DNA of 62,042 bases, filler included, from Choristocarpus tenellus KU-1152 (taxonomy: Eukaryota; Protista; Phaeophyceae), in assembly GCA_964200185.2 (NCBI GenBank). It is 9 parts of 9 records of this genome, joined end to end, with 100 filler letters (N's around TTAATTAATTAA, not from the genome) between each part and the next. Parts side by side here need not be neighbours in the genome. Positions count along the whole stretch, not along the records: positions 38,131 to 53,454 come from CAXNAD020001018.1; 8 more parts are not named here. One strand, 5' to 3'. The position numbers were made by a program, and so were the translations under genes. Every line of letters begins with the position of its first letter. Positions within the stretch are counted from its first letter, which is position 1. Under the pieces are notes generated by a model. The model ran no database searches. It saw nothing but the letters and a program-made list of their open reading frames with translations, and was not told the origin of the DNA. Positions 38,922 to 51,207 of the stretch are shown one piece after another.

Positions 38922-41900
38922 ATGGCCGTCCAATGTGGCCAATGTTCGATCACTAGAGTGTTAGAGATACTGTTCGCAGCTCTTGTCGGTGCGTTGGTGT
39001 TCCGTACGTTGGGTATGGAGGAATTCTGCAATGAGACTGAGTTTAGAGATGTTTCACCAGGAAATCAATGCACCTGCCCCCCGCCAGGGAGCTCGGACGT
39101 GAACACTGTAGGGATTGTGGTGAGATGCGCCAAAAGAGTAAGATTTTTTTTCAGTACCGAGTTACAAGTTGAACGTCCTTTCGGGCATATTATCTCCAAC
39201 CTATCTTCTGCAGTTAGAAGCAGTTATAATTTTTCTCGGTATTTCGGGCACCTTTGACTATGTTTCAGCAGGGACATTACCTTATTGTGTAGTTTTCGGA
39301 GTGAAAACATGACGGTGTTGAAATGCCCACAAAGAAATGCCCCAACGCCGTCCATTAGATTCTGCCGTTTTTTCTTCCACACAGGTTGGGGAGCAGAGTG
39401 AGATCACGCCTACAAAACCAACGGCAGAGAACACGCTGGAGGAGGGCAACATCGTGCAAACGAAGGGATATTCTCCCGGTGGGGAAAGCGCAGTGGTAGT
39501 GGGAGGCGGAGTTGCAGCACCAAAGTTTGGACTACCTAAAGCCCTGCGAGATGTTCTGCATTCATGGAAAAGTGACCCCTTTATGTGGCATATGCCACAT
39601 GGAGCAGACAAACAAAGGGGAAAAGGCATTGAACATATGGTTCAGTTGGTGAGGGAATCCGCAGACGTTGATGCTACTTGTAGTGAGTCCTTTGATGTAT
39701 AGGGACGTCCTTTTAGGGAGTTGAGTGAAGGAGTCAGGGTTGATCTTTTTTCATCTCCAACCCTTATGCAAACAAACATGTGGATGGCCTTTGGAAAGAA
39801 TCAAACAATGTGCATTGAACCAGTAACTATGACCTCATGCACCTTTGCGTCCATCTGATCTATCAGTAACCCCATTCTCACCCCACATAGATTTTGTCTT
39901 CACTGTGTGATGCTTTAAATGCGTGGGACATCTAGAATTGCTTTTTTCATTGTTTGTGCTAGGTTTATTTGTCACTTGATACTTACTTTGTGTCTTTAAG
40001 GATGCGGTTGATATTGACACGAAAGAGGAAAGGAATGACTGATGAATGAGACTGTTGTTGAAGTTGTTTGCTTGTATTGGTACGATGGGATGTCCATATG
40101 AAGCACGTTTATTGTGTATAGGTCATGTTGGGGGTATTGCAGAGTTATATTGGCAAGGCAGTATAGGAAAGGACCCTTCTTCCATGTGAACTAAATACCA
40201 ACTGAGATGCTATCAATATGCTGTGTATAGAGATTGCCAATGCCATGTGCTCATTCATGCATTCATGATTGCTTTTATGTGGACTGTAGGACCCAATTGT
40301 GCTTCAACCAATAGAGTAGTGTAGCACAATGGGTGAGCACCAGTCCAACAACACACTCTCATTGTTGAGTAGTAAACTATCTCACTGAACCCTGCGAGAG
40401 CGGATATGACTTGTGAAGGTACAAAACCACTGAATGTTGCAAGTGGTGGCATTCAGTGCCCAGTTCATTGTCATTTTTTTGTTGTTGTGGGTGCAAATGC
40501 TCTGATTGAATGGCATGCATGAGATTATTTTTCGATTATTTAAGAGATGGTAATAGTCAACCTACTGCTCTCTCAACCATGTTGGCCTTACTGGTTTAGG
40601 TAGAAAAACTCAAGGAAAAATGCATTTGTCCAGCGGGGCTGATGGGTGTATTTGTATGGACATATGGTGATGAAAAAGGAGTGCCGCTTGTTCGCCAAGC
40701 TTATGAGGCCTGTGATTGCCCTTATGTGCAGCTTAACTACACTGCATCTAAATGGGACTGGTGAGTTGTCTGAGCCCCCTCTTGGAATATATCTAATTCT
40801 GTAATGTGATGCACTACTACTTCCAACCACAAGTCATGGTTGACAAATCTCAGTAGGATCAGACAGATAATGAAGAGATATTGTAACCTTTGTAATATGA
40901 TTCAAATACATGCGGAAAATCGCAACAATTTCTTGAGCAGTTTTAGGGGCATTTGGATATAGCTTCAATTGTAATCTGGCAAATGAGGATTTCTGGGTGA
41001 TGCAATTGGCACAGTACACAAAGCATAATTTTATACTTGATATACTATTCTACAGTAATTTGAACTCAAAGTGTAATATATAGCCCTCACATTGATTTGT
41101 TTATGTTCTACGCCTTCACTGTCGTCCCTTGACCATCTCCAGCTTTAGCAGCAGTATGCTAGAATATCCATGCTTATCAATGTGCTGCACAAAATTTGAC
41201 ATTGTGAAGAGGAGGTGTTGCCCTTTCTTTGTAGGCTGTATGGTTTATTCTTCCCAGAATATTGCTAGTTGTGTGTCCATTTGTATTGTTAGTACTTAAA
41301 TCATTGTAGTCACATCTCAAATGGTCTTGCGGACACTTCATAGTTAATACTATATATGCTTGGAGGTAGAGCACCATTACATCACCCTTGATCATTTTTT
41401 GTTAGATTGAGTTATGGAGCCTTCTTTTCATCTTCTGATGTCAGTAGTCTTCACAATTGTATTGGGTGGAGTTGCCTGTATGACAATGAAGGCTGGTAGA
41501 TTAAAATATGTTAAGTACGCACAGATGGAAACACACAGAATCTGCCAGTGAAGTTTCTATTGGTTTAGAATGAAATCCAGAATTTCCATGTACCAGATGC
41601 TTTGAGGTCCAGGCAGTGAATCATACCCGCTGTAGGACCGTGTGCCTCCTTTAGGGTATCAAATTGATGATGTTTCACCTCCTATAGGTGTCAAATTATT
41701 GACGTTTCATCTCCTATAGGGTGTCAAATTATTAATGTTTCACCTCCTATAGGGTGTCAAATTATTGATGTTACACCTCCTACTATAGGGTGTCAAATCG
41801 TTGATGAGTCACTGCAGTTGACTTGTATTGATATATATACTATTATTCAATCGTGGACAAGACATTATCAGAGCTTGGTACTATATATTAGATGAGTGCA

Positions 41901-44900
41901 ACATGTTGTAGTTCTAGGTGTGTCTATCTCACTTTAAGGGTTGGCTATGTGGTGCAGATTGTACAGAATGTTAAAGGATATGTAGAATCCCAAGTCTTGA
42001 TATTGAAATATGTAGATTAATTCCTTCTCACTTATTTTGTAGGAGGTAGAAAGTTGGAGTGAGATATATCGTTAAAGAAGGGGGGTGATAAACCTTTTAC
42101 TCTTTACTGTTCACTATTAACTCGTCAATCAAATTTACTTGCTACAACATTCCTTTTCTAGGATTCTTCTTGTTGTACTATAATAACCCGGATAATATTT
42201 TCTAGTCACCTGACAAAGACATTACTATAAATTATCCCGTTATTCAATAATAGTTCAACAACTCAATGTTTCTCCCACAGCATCATCTGTTACACATTAA
42301 TAAAAAGCATATTATTAACACTCTCCCCTGCTTTGAACTTCAAGTTTAAAATATTACCTCAAAATATAATCATCATATCACATCACACAATTACCCATAA
42401 TGATATCTGCATGCCAATTGAACAATTCCTTAGACAAACCCTTGGTAAAGAGATCTGCAATTTGAAATTTCTTAGGTACATATCCAATAATGACTTTCCT
42501 TTCCCTCTCTAGTTGTCGTACATAGTGGTACCTATTGTCTATGTGCTTAGTTCTACCACCAGATATTGCCTTCTGTGAAATCTTTATGGCACCATCATTG
42601 TCCTCAAACACAGATACAGGGTAATCCTTACAAAGTGGTAGCATGAACATGTGCACTTGCTTAAGGAACATAACCTCTTTCCCCAACTCACACAATGCAA
42701 CATACTTAGCCTCAGCAGTAGACAGTGTAACCGTTTNNNNNNNNNNCGACCACCAATCAACACATCCTCCCCAAACATCACAACACCCCCAGAAATAGAC
42801 AATGTACTGTCTTTACAGTTAGCATAATCAGCATCTGTATAGCCAATTAACTGATCTCTTGGTCCATTGCCATACACTCCAAAATCACCAAAGGTAATTC
42901 CATGCTCTTTAGTACCCAATAGATACCCAATCACTCTCATAGCATTCAACCGATCAGACCAACTTGTATTCTCCACACATGATGCCAACTGCAAACTCTG
43001 ATCCACCACAAGTGTCCCGGTTTCCTTGTTCCAGCAGCAAAGTTTCCACCTGCAGAAAATTTTAGTTGTCCTAGTCCCGCCTTGGACCTCTGCACTCTCC
43101 CTTTGCCATCCATCTGCCTCGGTCAAAAACCATATTTGTCCCTAGTGCCTTGTGACCATCAGTGGAGCGAGGCACTTGAATCCATACTCCCCTGCTATCC
43201 AGATCATCCACTTCTTCATGAATAGCAGCTTTCCACAAAGGCCACTCCTCACACTCTGCCGCTGCTCTCATGGTCTTAGGTTCTGGTGGGAGGGGTTTAT
43301 CTTTCCCACCCACAAGTAGACCAGCCATTCTTTGCTCATACCTTAGTGTCCGTTCGATGGTTCACCAGGTTCAGATGGGGGGTCGTGGTTATGGTCCACT
43401 AGTCGCAGTAACAACTTTCCACCACTCACTCCCCTGCTGTGACATAGGTGGATCCATACCACCAGCACCAGTGCTCAGCATCCCATCAGTACTTCCATCC
43501 TCCATAGTGTTCTCCACATCTATTCAACCTTCCCCACTTCCAAATTCTGAATCCAAATCCATTTTTTCCGAAGACACCCCTTTTGAAGCATTTTCCTCTA
43601 AAACCTCTTCTTCCGATCCCAAAGAAATTTCCTCTAGCACCAAATCCCCAGTCCTGTCAATCCCAGCAACAGAATATGGTTCCCAAACATAGTTGCGCCT
43701 GTTGACTATTTGTCCTGAAATTGCAAGAAGAACCTGCAGAGAATCAGACGGGTGGTCGGAAGAATACCCCATCATCAGACAAGGTTCGGCTCTTGGTGCC
43801 AACTTATGCATCCATTAGTCCACTCTCGTGAAACCCTTAGAACCCAAAGGAGGAAACAAATGAGGGTGGGTTGGAACACCATAAAACATTTCATACTGTG
43901 ATTTCCAGTGGGGGTTAGCAGTCTGGGGCAAAGATTTGTTAGTGTGGTAGCCATGTTGTGTGCCTCTTCCCACAAACCCAACCGATCCCCCAATCCAGCC
44001 GTGTGCATCATGACCAGCCCCTTCTCCGCTATCAGTGCAATCGCGAGTTCCACTTTCCCATTCAATTGGGGGGTACCCGAAACGGTGTACTCATGCATGG
44101 CGAATCTTGTGTTGATCCAATACCCCCTCAAAGTCCCCATTCCCGAATCATGTGTTGATCCAATACCCCCTCAAAGTCCCCATTCCCGAATCATGTGTTG
44201 ATCCAATACCCCCTCATCAGTCTCAAACTCCCCATTCTTGAACTCCGTGCCCTCATCAGTCCTAACATACCCAATGTGCAAATTTTCCACATCTGCCACA
44301 TCTTGAATAAAAGCCTGAAAATCCGTTGCAGTTTCATTCTTGGCTCGCAGGAATCAAATCCATCGCATTCCTGCCATGTCACATACCATCATAATCTCGT
44401 AAAGGTATCCACCCGCGCTGCTTGCCCTTGGCTTTGGTCTGCTCAAATCTATGAACACCCTTCCCAACCGTCGGTCAGACTTACTCTGGCAGAGCCATCT
44501 TTGGGTTAGGTCCCTCCCCCCCAACAATCCCCTCCTCTGGGACAATGGCATTAACTTCAACCCCCTCGGGGGGAAGTTTACTAATTTCTACAGCATCCTC
44601 CACTGATGGAAGTAGCCTCGATCATCAATCTTTCTTGATCAATATCCCTACCACTCCCCTCTTGGGCGAGATCGACATCTCTAGCCCCACCGTGGGCTAG
44701 GTCGATACCTCTAGCCTCATCCTGCACGAAGTCGACTCCTCTAGCCCTCTCCTGGGCGAGGTCAATACTTCCATCCCCATCCTGTGCGAAATTGATACCT
44801 CCAGCCCCCTCTTGGATGAGGTCGATTGCTACTGTTCCTCCAAGCGCAAATGCCACTTCGGTCTCATCATGGGGGAGTTGGTCTACGTGGTGGTGTAGGT

Positions 44901-47900
44901 TTTGTAGGCATTCTCCTCAAAGCCTTTAATGTGAACAAATCAACCTTCCCACGGGTTGATGAAAAAATAAGGGGAGGTCCACCTGCTGATGGGGTCAACT
45001 TCAAAGAATTTTCCCCTTGCCAATAAATTTCTCCTCCTGATTGGCATCCAGCTTGAACCATTGAGAAAAGATTGAACTTTAGCTCTGGAACCAACAGCAC
45101 ATTGCACAGAACAAAATCATAAACCTTCTCATTCTGTATACAACGTAATGGTAAGTTTCCAACCATGGTAGCTCGAAGTTTCTGTCCTGTACCAACAGTC
45201 ACAGACTTTCCACTAACAGGTCGTTGGTCTATTAAAGCAATGGGGTTGTTGGTTATATGGGTAGAACACGCAGTATCAAAATACCATATATCATCCCACT
45301 GTTCAATGTTCTTATCCCTCACTGTCGAGAAACCTCCAAGTATCTTCGGCGGTCCATTATTTCCACCATTCGCCTTCCCTCGACCACGCCTCTTCCTCTC
45401 TGTAGTTGCTGCACCACCATCTACAAATTGTTTAGCTGCCGCCATAGCCACTGCACATCCAGGACAACTTTTTGCTTTGTGTCCTGATCCGCTACAAATG
45501 TAGCTGGTACCGGAAAATTTGCCTGTTATATATAGGTGGGGAAGAACAGACGAACAAACAGACATGTAATGCAGTCCACTGCACTTGAAACATTTTACAC
45601 CATGTTTACCATGATGTCCAGCCGATGATGCTGAACGAGATCCATGATTGAAAGTCAAGCTTCGCAGACTCTCTTCTGTAGTTGCAATCTTGCCGATCGA
45701 CCCACATCGGAAATCTTTTGCATCTCAATCATACATTCTGCAGCAAAACAGTTATGAATAACTGTCAGCTGCTCTTCCTCGTCAGGTTCGGCACCAAGAC
45801 TCCCCAACTTCTTCACCAGCTTTTCCACCTCTTGGTTAATATCAGCAGGATCCCCCCCAATTGGTAGACACAATTCGTGTAATTTTGTCCTCCGGATCGC
45901 TCTTTCCGTGATACCATCCTCTTTGAAACGGTCTCTCAGATCCTGGAAAGCTTCAGATGGGCTGTTATCAACAATTTCGAGTGCAAGTCCTCCTACACTA
46001 ACAACCAATCATAACCAATCATAACCAATCCAGCTAACACCATGCTGGCTTCACGAACTTCTTGGCGTGTCCTCCTTGATGTATTTCCTCCTTGTAGGCC
46101 CACCCTGATATGGTCTTGAGTGAATAATGCATCCATTCATCCCCCCATCACAGCGCAAGTTACAAAATCATTTCTTGTACAAAGGAAACCCCTTCCCATC
46201 ATCGTCACCATGGTACGCCACAAATTTGGAGGGAAGTGGGATGAGGCGCACGCTCCCGCAATCCGTCTTGATATTGTGATCCCTCTTGTCGCTAGGTCCT
46301 CCTCATCATCAATGTTCTCATCATCAATGCCTGTACTTCCACGCCAACATCTTCAACCTCCACGTTCACGTTACGAACAACAGACACCATCGAGACTTAG
46401 AATGAACCCTCTACTAATAGCTAACTTGAGATATCAGCACACTTAAAAGTATGCTAGCTAGCATGTTAAAGAATGTGTAGAATCCCAAGTCTTGATATTG
46501 AAATATGTAGATTAATTACTTCTCAGTTATGTTGTAGGAGGTAGAAAGTTGAGTGAGATATATCGTTAAAGAAGGGGGATGATAAACCTTTTACTCATTA
46601 CCGATCACTAATAACTCATCACTCAATCTGTGTTACTTGCTATGTTACTTGCTACAACATTCCTTTTCTAGGATTCTTCTTGTTGTAATATAATAATACG
46701 GATAATATTTTCCTAGTCACCTGACAAAGACATTACTATAAATTATCTCGTTATCCAATAATAGTTCAACAACTCAATGTTTCTCCCACAGAATCATCTG
46801 TTACACATTAATAAAACATATATTCTTAACACATAAAGATACCATTTGTGTGAAATGTGCATGTAAACACACAATTTACTCAAGTCTTGGGTCCCCCTAC
46901 CCTTACCAGGTATCTGGGGGGCACTTTGAGGGGTCGATATTGAATCAGAGTATACCATACCCCTGGTATTCATTAGTACTTCAATGTTGTGTATTGTAGG
47001 ATATTGAAACCCTCTCAAGGTATATATATGCAGTGCTGTTGCAGGAGAAGTAAGATATTGTGCTAATCCTGTCGAATCATGTGCATATGTGCTTTCTCGG
47101 CCAATAATATTTTACATAGGGTCATTGATATATATATATATATTGTCAATGCTGACTATATTCCCAGGTTGTTGACTTAGATGTCCACCTGCTGTTGTGC
47201 CCTTTGTAGTATCTGAATCATGCACCGTTTTTTTACATACCTGAACCTTGCTTTGACTTGGATAAATTGGTTGTATCTACCTCCCTTTTTCATTCATTCA
47301 CTTGTGATTTATGTTGTTCTGGTTCAATACTTGCACCGACCTCTGGTACAACAACATCAAGGTGTTTTTGGAAAATTTGGTCATTGTGCTTCCATTTATT
47401 TGAAACAAAGGTGAATGCTCTTGTCTCGTTGAGACAAACACATTGCAGATCTGAAAACAAGATTTTGAGGTTGTGACTTATTTGTTGTTCCTTGTAATGT
47501 TTGTAATAACTCTGGAGTGCCACGCAGGTTGCCTTACAGCTGCATTTGGCTACAGAACGAAGCAACGTGTCTCAGTACCAGTAAAGTGTTTTCTAGCTTC
47601 CCATGGAAGGCGATGAAGTCTGAAAGTGTCACTTTGGTCACACAGAGCACTCTACTGATTTTCATAGTGCCTTCTGATTGGTCATATGTTCTGTCCAGCT
47701 TGGTTTGATGTGTGAATAACAAGAGCTTTCATGGAAACCAAAAGGTCTTGTATCTTGTATGTATCTTGGAAAATGCCAACAGCTGCTAGAATCTTTCCTC
47801 AAGGAAGAACTGTATCCTATTAGTAGGTCATTTTGGAGGTTAAAACTGGTCAAGTTGAGAGCCAGGTGGAAGAATTATCAGTCTTGGTAGTCAACAAATG

Positions 47901-50900
47901 TGTCACTTTTGCAAAATTTGAGAGAAACAGTGACAAGATTTCTATCTGAATCCAGCCTCAAGACCCTTGGTGACTAAAATACTCATCACCGGAAGAAGTC
48001 AAAGAGGATAACTCACAATAACTGAAAGGACCATTTCAAACAAGAATAAATTTTGGAAACCACTATCTCACCAGGCCCCCTTAGGGTTAGGGCTTCATAA
48101 TGGAGTTATTCTCGGTTCTTAATTGTTTGCAAATGGCAAGAAATAGTCTATTGCATATAATGGAATGCCAATCAATTTTGGCTAGATACACCACGGCCCA
48201 CTGAGAGGTACAACTTTATGTCACACTCCAGCATGTATAGTTACATAATATCATAATATCTCACCCACCTTGAGGGCTCATCTATTAGTCATGATCTCTA
48301 CACTGCACCATATCCTTGTCACCCTTTTCTACTGTTGGTGCATACTGACTACACCGTGTCGTGTTATTCCATTATCAGGTTTGGTAAGGTTGGACCAGTT
48401 CTGGATTGGATGGAAAATGGGGGGGGCAAGGACTACACCCATTTCCTAGTGACTGATGCGGAGGATGTGTCATTTGCAAAGGAGCCTACAAACTTGGTGA
48501 GCATGCTAACCAGGCAGTGAAACAATTAGCAACATTGGAAAAGTACGCATCCAAGGAGCAAAGGAATGACTGTCGGCCTCAACACTTCATTCTCTTGTAG
48601 GGGTTGCACTTTTTTCTTTATTTGGATGCATTGGTATAATTGATTTGGTGGTAGGTTTCTCTTACAGTAAAAAAGTATACTAGACACAAGATTTCTTATT
48701 AGAAGTATTAGGACATGTCAATGTGAAAACAGGTGGAACAAAAAATTTGCCTGTCTAACAGGACATACTCAGAGAATGGCCATAGAGTGCCTGTGCAAGG
48801 TCCCATGGTTTACCCTCAACATTTACTAGAGGGTTCTGAACAAATAATTTTTTGTTTGCCATCTGTCACCCGACCAATCAAGGACAGACAGGGATGAGAA
48901 CATATGGTAGCATTCCTTTTTGGAATGTTTATGCTCTTTCATGTAATTAACTGACATGAGGTTCTGAACCTGGATGAATCACTCTCTATAGCCGTACCTT
49001 TTTCATAACTATCATCAATCTTCATACACCCACTGACTCTTCTCACAGTTATTGTTTTGCAATGTGCAGCCTCAGCAACACCTGAATATGTATATTGTAT
49101 GAATCAATGACATCAATCAGACATGAACAAAGCATTTTGCCCGCTCCCACCAATGTCACTACCTGTGCTTTGTTTAGATTGATGTTTTTGAGATGTATGA
49201 GGCGGAGATTGTTTTTGCAAACACCCAGTCCAATTGGCCTTTTGATGAAGTGTGTGGCGAATTTGAGTCGCGTGTGAATCCCTGGAGTACAAAGCATCAG
49301 CACCTGTCTGCAGGAGGATATATGGCGAAGAGGGAGGTGTGTGACCATAGTGTAGACCAATATGCCTATGAATTTTCTTGGTCAGGTTGGAAGGCTTCTT
49401 GCCTGTTTGTAGAGAGTCGTGCCTGTGTGTTACAATATCTTGTTAGTCATATTGGTTTGTTGTAAACTACTTTGATGCAATATGTTTTGATAAGCCAGTT
49501 ACAAATTGATCTGGGGTCCATTGTTGCTGTTAATAGTATGATATGCAATTGTCAGACAAGACCCTGATTGAAGTCTCAACTCTTAACCCGTGGCACACTA
49601 ATGTCTGTTTAAGTGTGACATGCAAGTATGCAAGTGGGAAGTTGGCGAATATAGAATATAGTAGTTGAAAGGCTGATGTAGGGGTGGACGTGCATGTTCT
49701 GAGGATGGGAGAGAACATTGAAATATTTTGGAACATACTGAAAACTGTGGGAGTATGCAGTTCGCAAGAGCAAACTGGACCAAGTTCTGCTCAAGGTGCC
49801 GTGTTTTGCACATTGAATAGCTGAACTTTACCTTGTAGGACACTTGATGCTCGCCCAACAGGGCAAGAATTTTTCCAATGTTGTGTTTGTATGTATGTTG
49901 CTATGCCATTGCTTGTTTTGGTACGTAACCCAATCAGCGGTAAACCATAGAGTCATGAATAGCAAAGTGGTGTGGCCTTCCTTCTCAAATTCGATGCAGA
50001 GTGCTGTAACATGAGTCAAACAAGCCATTCAGTCTATGTCCATTCACTCTGTTGAGTATTATTTCCCTCACTGCATTGTGTCTGGCGATAGCCTGAGGAG
50101 AGCTTGTGGCAAGTAAACTAGAATATGCTGTCTGTGGGAGATGCAAATTGTGCCATTCACATGGCAGCCCGAGAATAGAGACAGGGTATACAGTTTATTC
50201 TGCCTACAGATATTCCATTTCTTGGGAGAAAGTGAGGGTTTGAAAAAGAGGCATGCAATCGCACTCCTCATGCTAGAATAATATGTTTGGAATGATGTAC
50301 TCAAAATTATCACCTCTTTTTGTGGCACAAGGTGGCTGCAAGTGGAAAAAACACGGTTTGGGACTTGTATTCATTTCCCCCCCGTAAGACCTGCTATTCT
50401 ACACAGTACATGTTTTTTATGCCATGACAATGATTAGTCTATTTTGCCAGGGATATTGGTGTGCATTACAATAGCCTGTCAATTTTGTGATGGCTGTTAG
50501 CTTCAACCAATATGAATTTATTTTTGAACTGTTCTGTTTCCAGACCTTGATGCCGTATTTGAAGATTCTAAGGGAAGACTATCGTCAGTACAAGGAGCCT
50601 GGCGGGGATGTGGCCTACCCTCAGAATAGATGGGGAAATCGTGTGTGGGATGATCAACTTGCGTGAGTGAGAGCACACCACCAGTGACCATGATGCCATT
50701 TGGAAGATGTTAAAATGCGAACACTGTCCCTGGAGACAACCACCTTTGTTGTGCTGGTTGCTTGCAGTTCCTCCTATCTATGTCACTGCCCTTAAATGAT
50801 TTTATGGCATAACTGTCTCAATATTATTTATTGGCCGCAGAACAGTTGTAACTGCGTGCTGATGCTGGTGTAGGAAGTTGTGTTTTTTACTGTAAAGTAG

Positions 50901-51207
50901 TATTATATCTGTATGTTTGGTCTGATTTGGTCCACATGTGGTGTTTCTCCTTCTATTCCTGTGTCTGTATACAAGCTGTCACGTTACTTTCATGCAAGAA
51001 ATTGTGCTCCCTTTGGTACTCACATAGAGGGGTGGGCTGACCCCTCTAACAAATATTTCCTGTTGCACTACTTTGTATATACCCATGAATATGTGAATAT
51101 GAGATGCTACTCTGTAACTAATCCGTCACAACTCCTTTTTGTAACATTGATGCCATCTTCCTCACAGGTGGAGAAGGCTCCACGTCAAGTTTTACCCCAA
51201 CATTCAG
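38922..51207 (+). CDS. Type II membrane glycosyltransferase-like protein resembling the PLOD/LH3 N-terminal GT domain (GT-A fold); at least seven exons, 3' end not found
   Basis: Exons 38922-39119, 39385-39648, 40600-40760, 48379-48496, 49178-49336, 50544-50662 and 51168-51207 are all GT-AG and phase-compatible. There is an N-terminal hydrophobic anchor (VLEILFAALVGALVF) and a stem. Motifs: WFGKVGPVLDW, FLVTDAEDV, IVFANTQSNWP, HLSAGGYM, WDDQLAW. Confidence 0.72.
41645..41806. repeat. 33-bp minisatellite, about five copies
   Basis: Unit CCTCCTATAGGGTGTCAAATTATTGATGTTTCA starts at 41645, 41678, 41710, 41743 and 41776, with no spacers. Confidence 0.88.
41969..42320 (-). repeat. 3' LTR of the copia element
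   Basis: Direct repeat of 46464-46831 with TG...CA ends. Confidence 0.9.
44101..44215. repeat. 43-bp tandem repeat (about 2.6 copies) disrupting the integrase
   Basis: CGAATC.TGTGTTGATCCAATACCCCCTCA starts at 44101, 44144 and 44187. Confidence 0.85.
46464..46831 (-). repeat. 5' LTR of the copia element
   Basis: Direct repeat of 41969-42320 with scattered substitutions and a small internal duplication (TGTTACTTGCTA x2). Confidence 0.9.

Larger units (their letters stand above)
41969..46831 (-). mobile_element. Ty1/copia LTR retrotransposon, decayed, with both LTRs, inside a glycosyltransferase intron
   Basis: LTRs at 41969-42320 and 46464-46831 (TGTTAA...TTAACA). Near-perfect 5-bp target-site duplication CAGAA/CATAA. 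Polypurine tract AGGGGAGAG just inside the 3' LTR. Domain order is gag, zinc knuckles, protease (WYFDTACSTHI), integrase (VFIDL, TPQLNGKVE, KLAPRAEPCLMMGY), partial RT (EPKT..WKAAIHEE), RNase H (GYTDADYA, FEDNDGA, RTKHID). Many stops and frameshifts. Confidence 0.95.

Noticed and set aside
41645-41806. CRISPR-like 33-bp repeats
   Set aside because: The units are contiguous with no unique spacers, there are no cas genes, and the context is a eukaryotic intron.
46907-47020. Additional MITE copy (CAGGTATCTGGGGGG)
   Set aside because: Only one degenerate terminus; no recognisable interior or matching second end.
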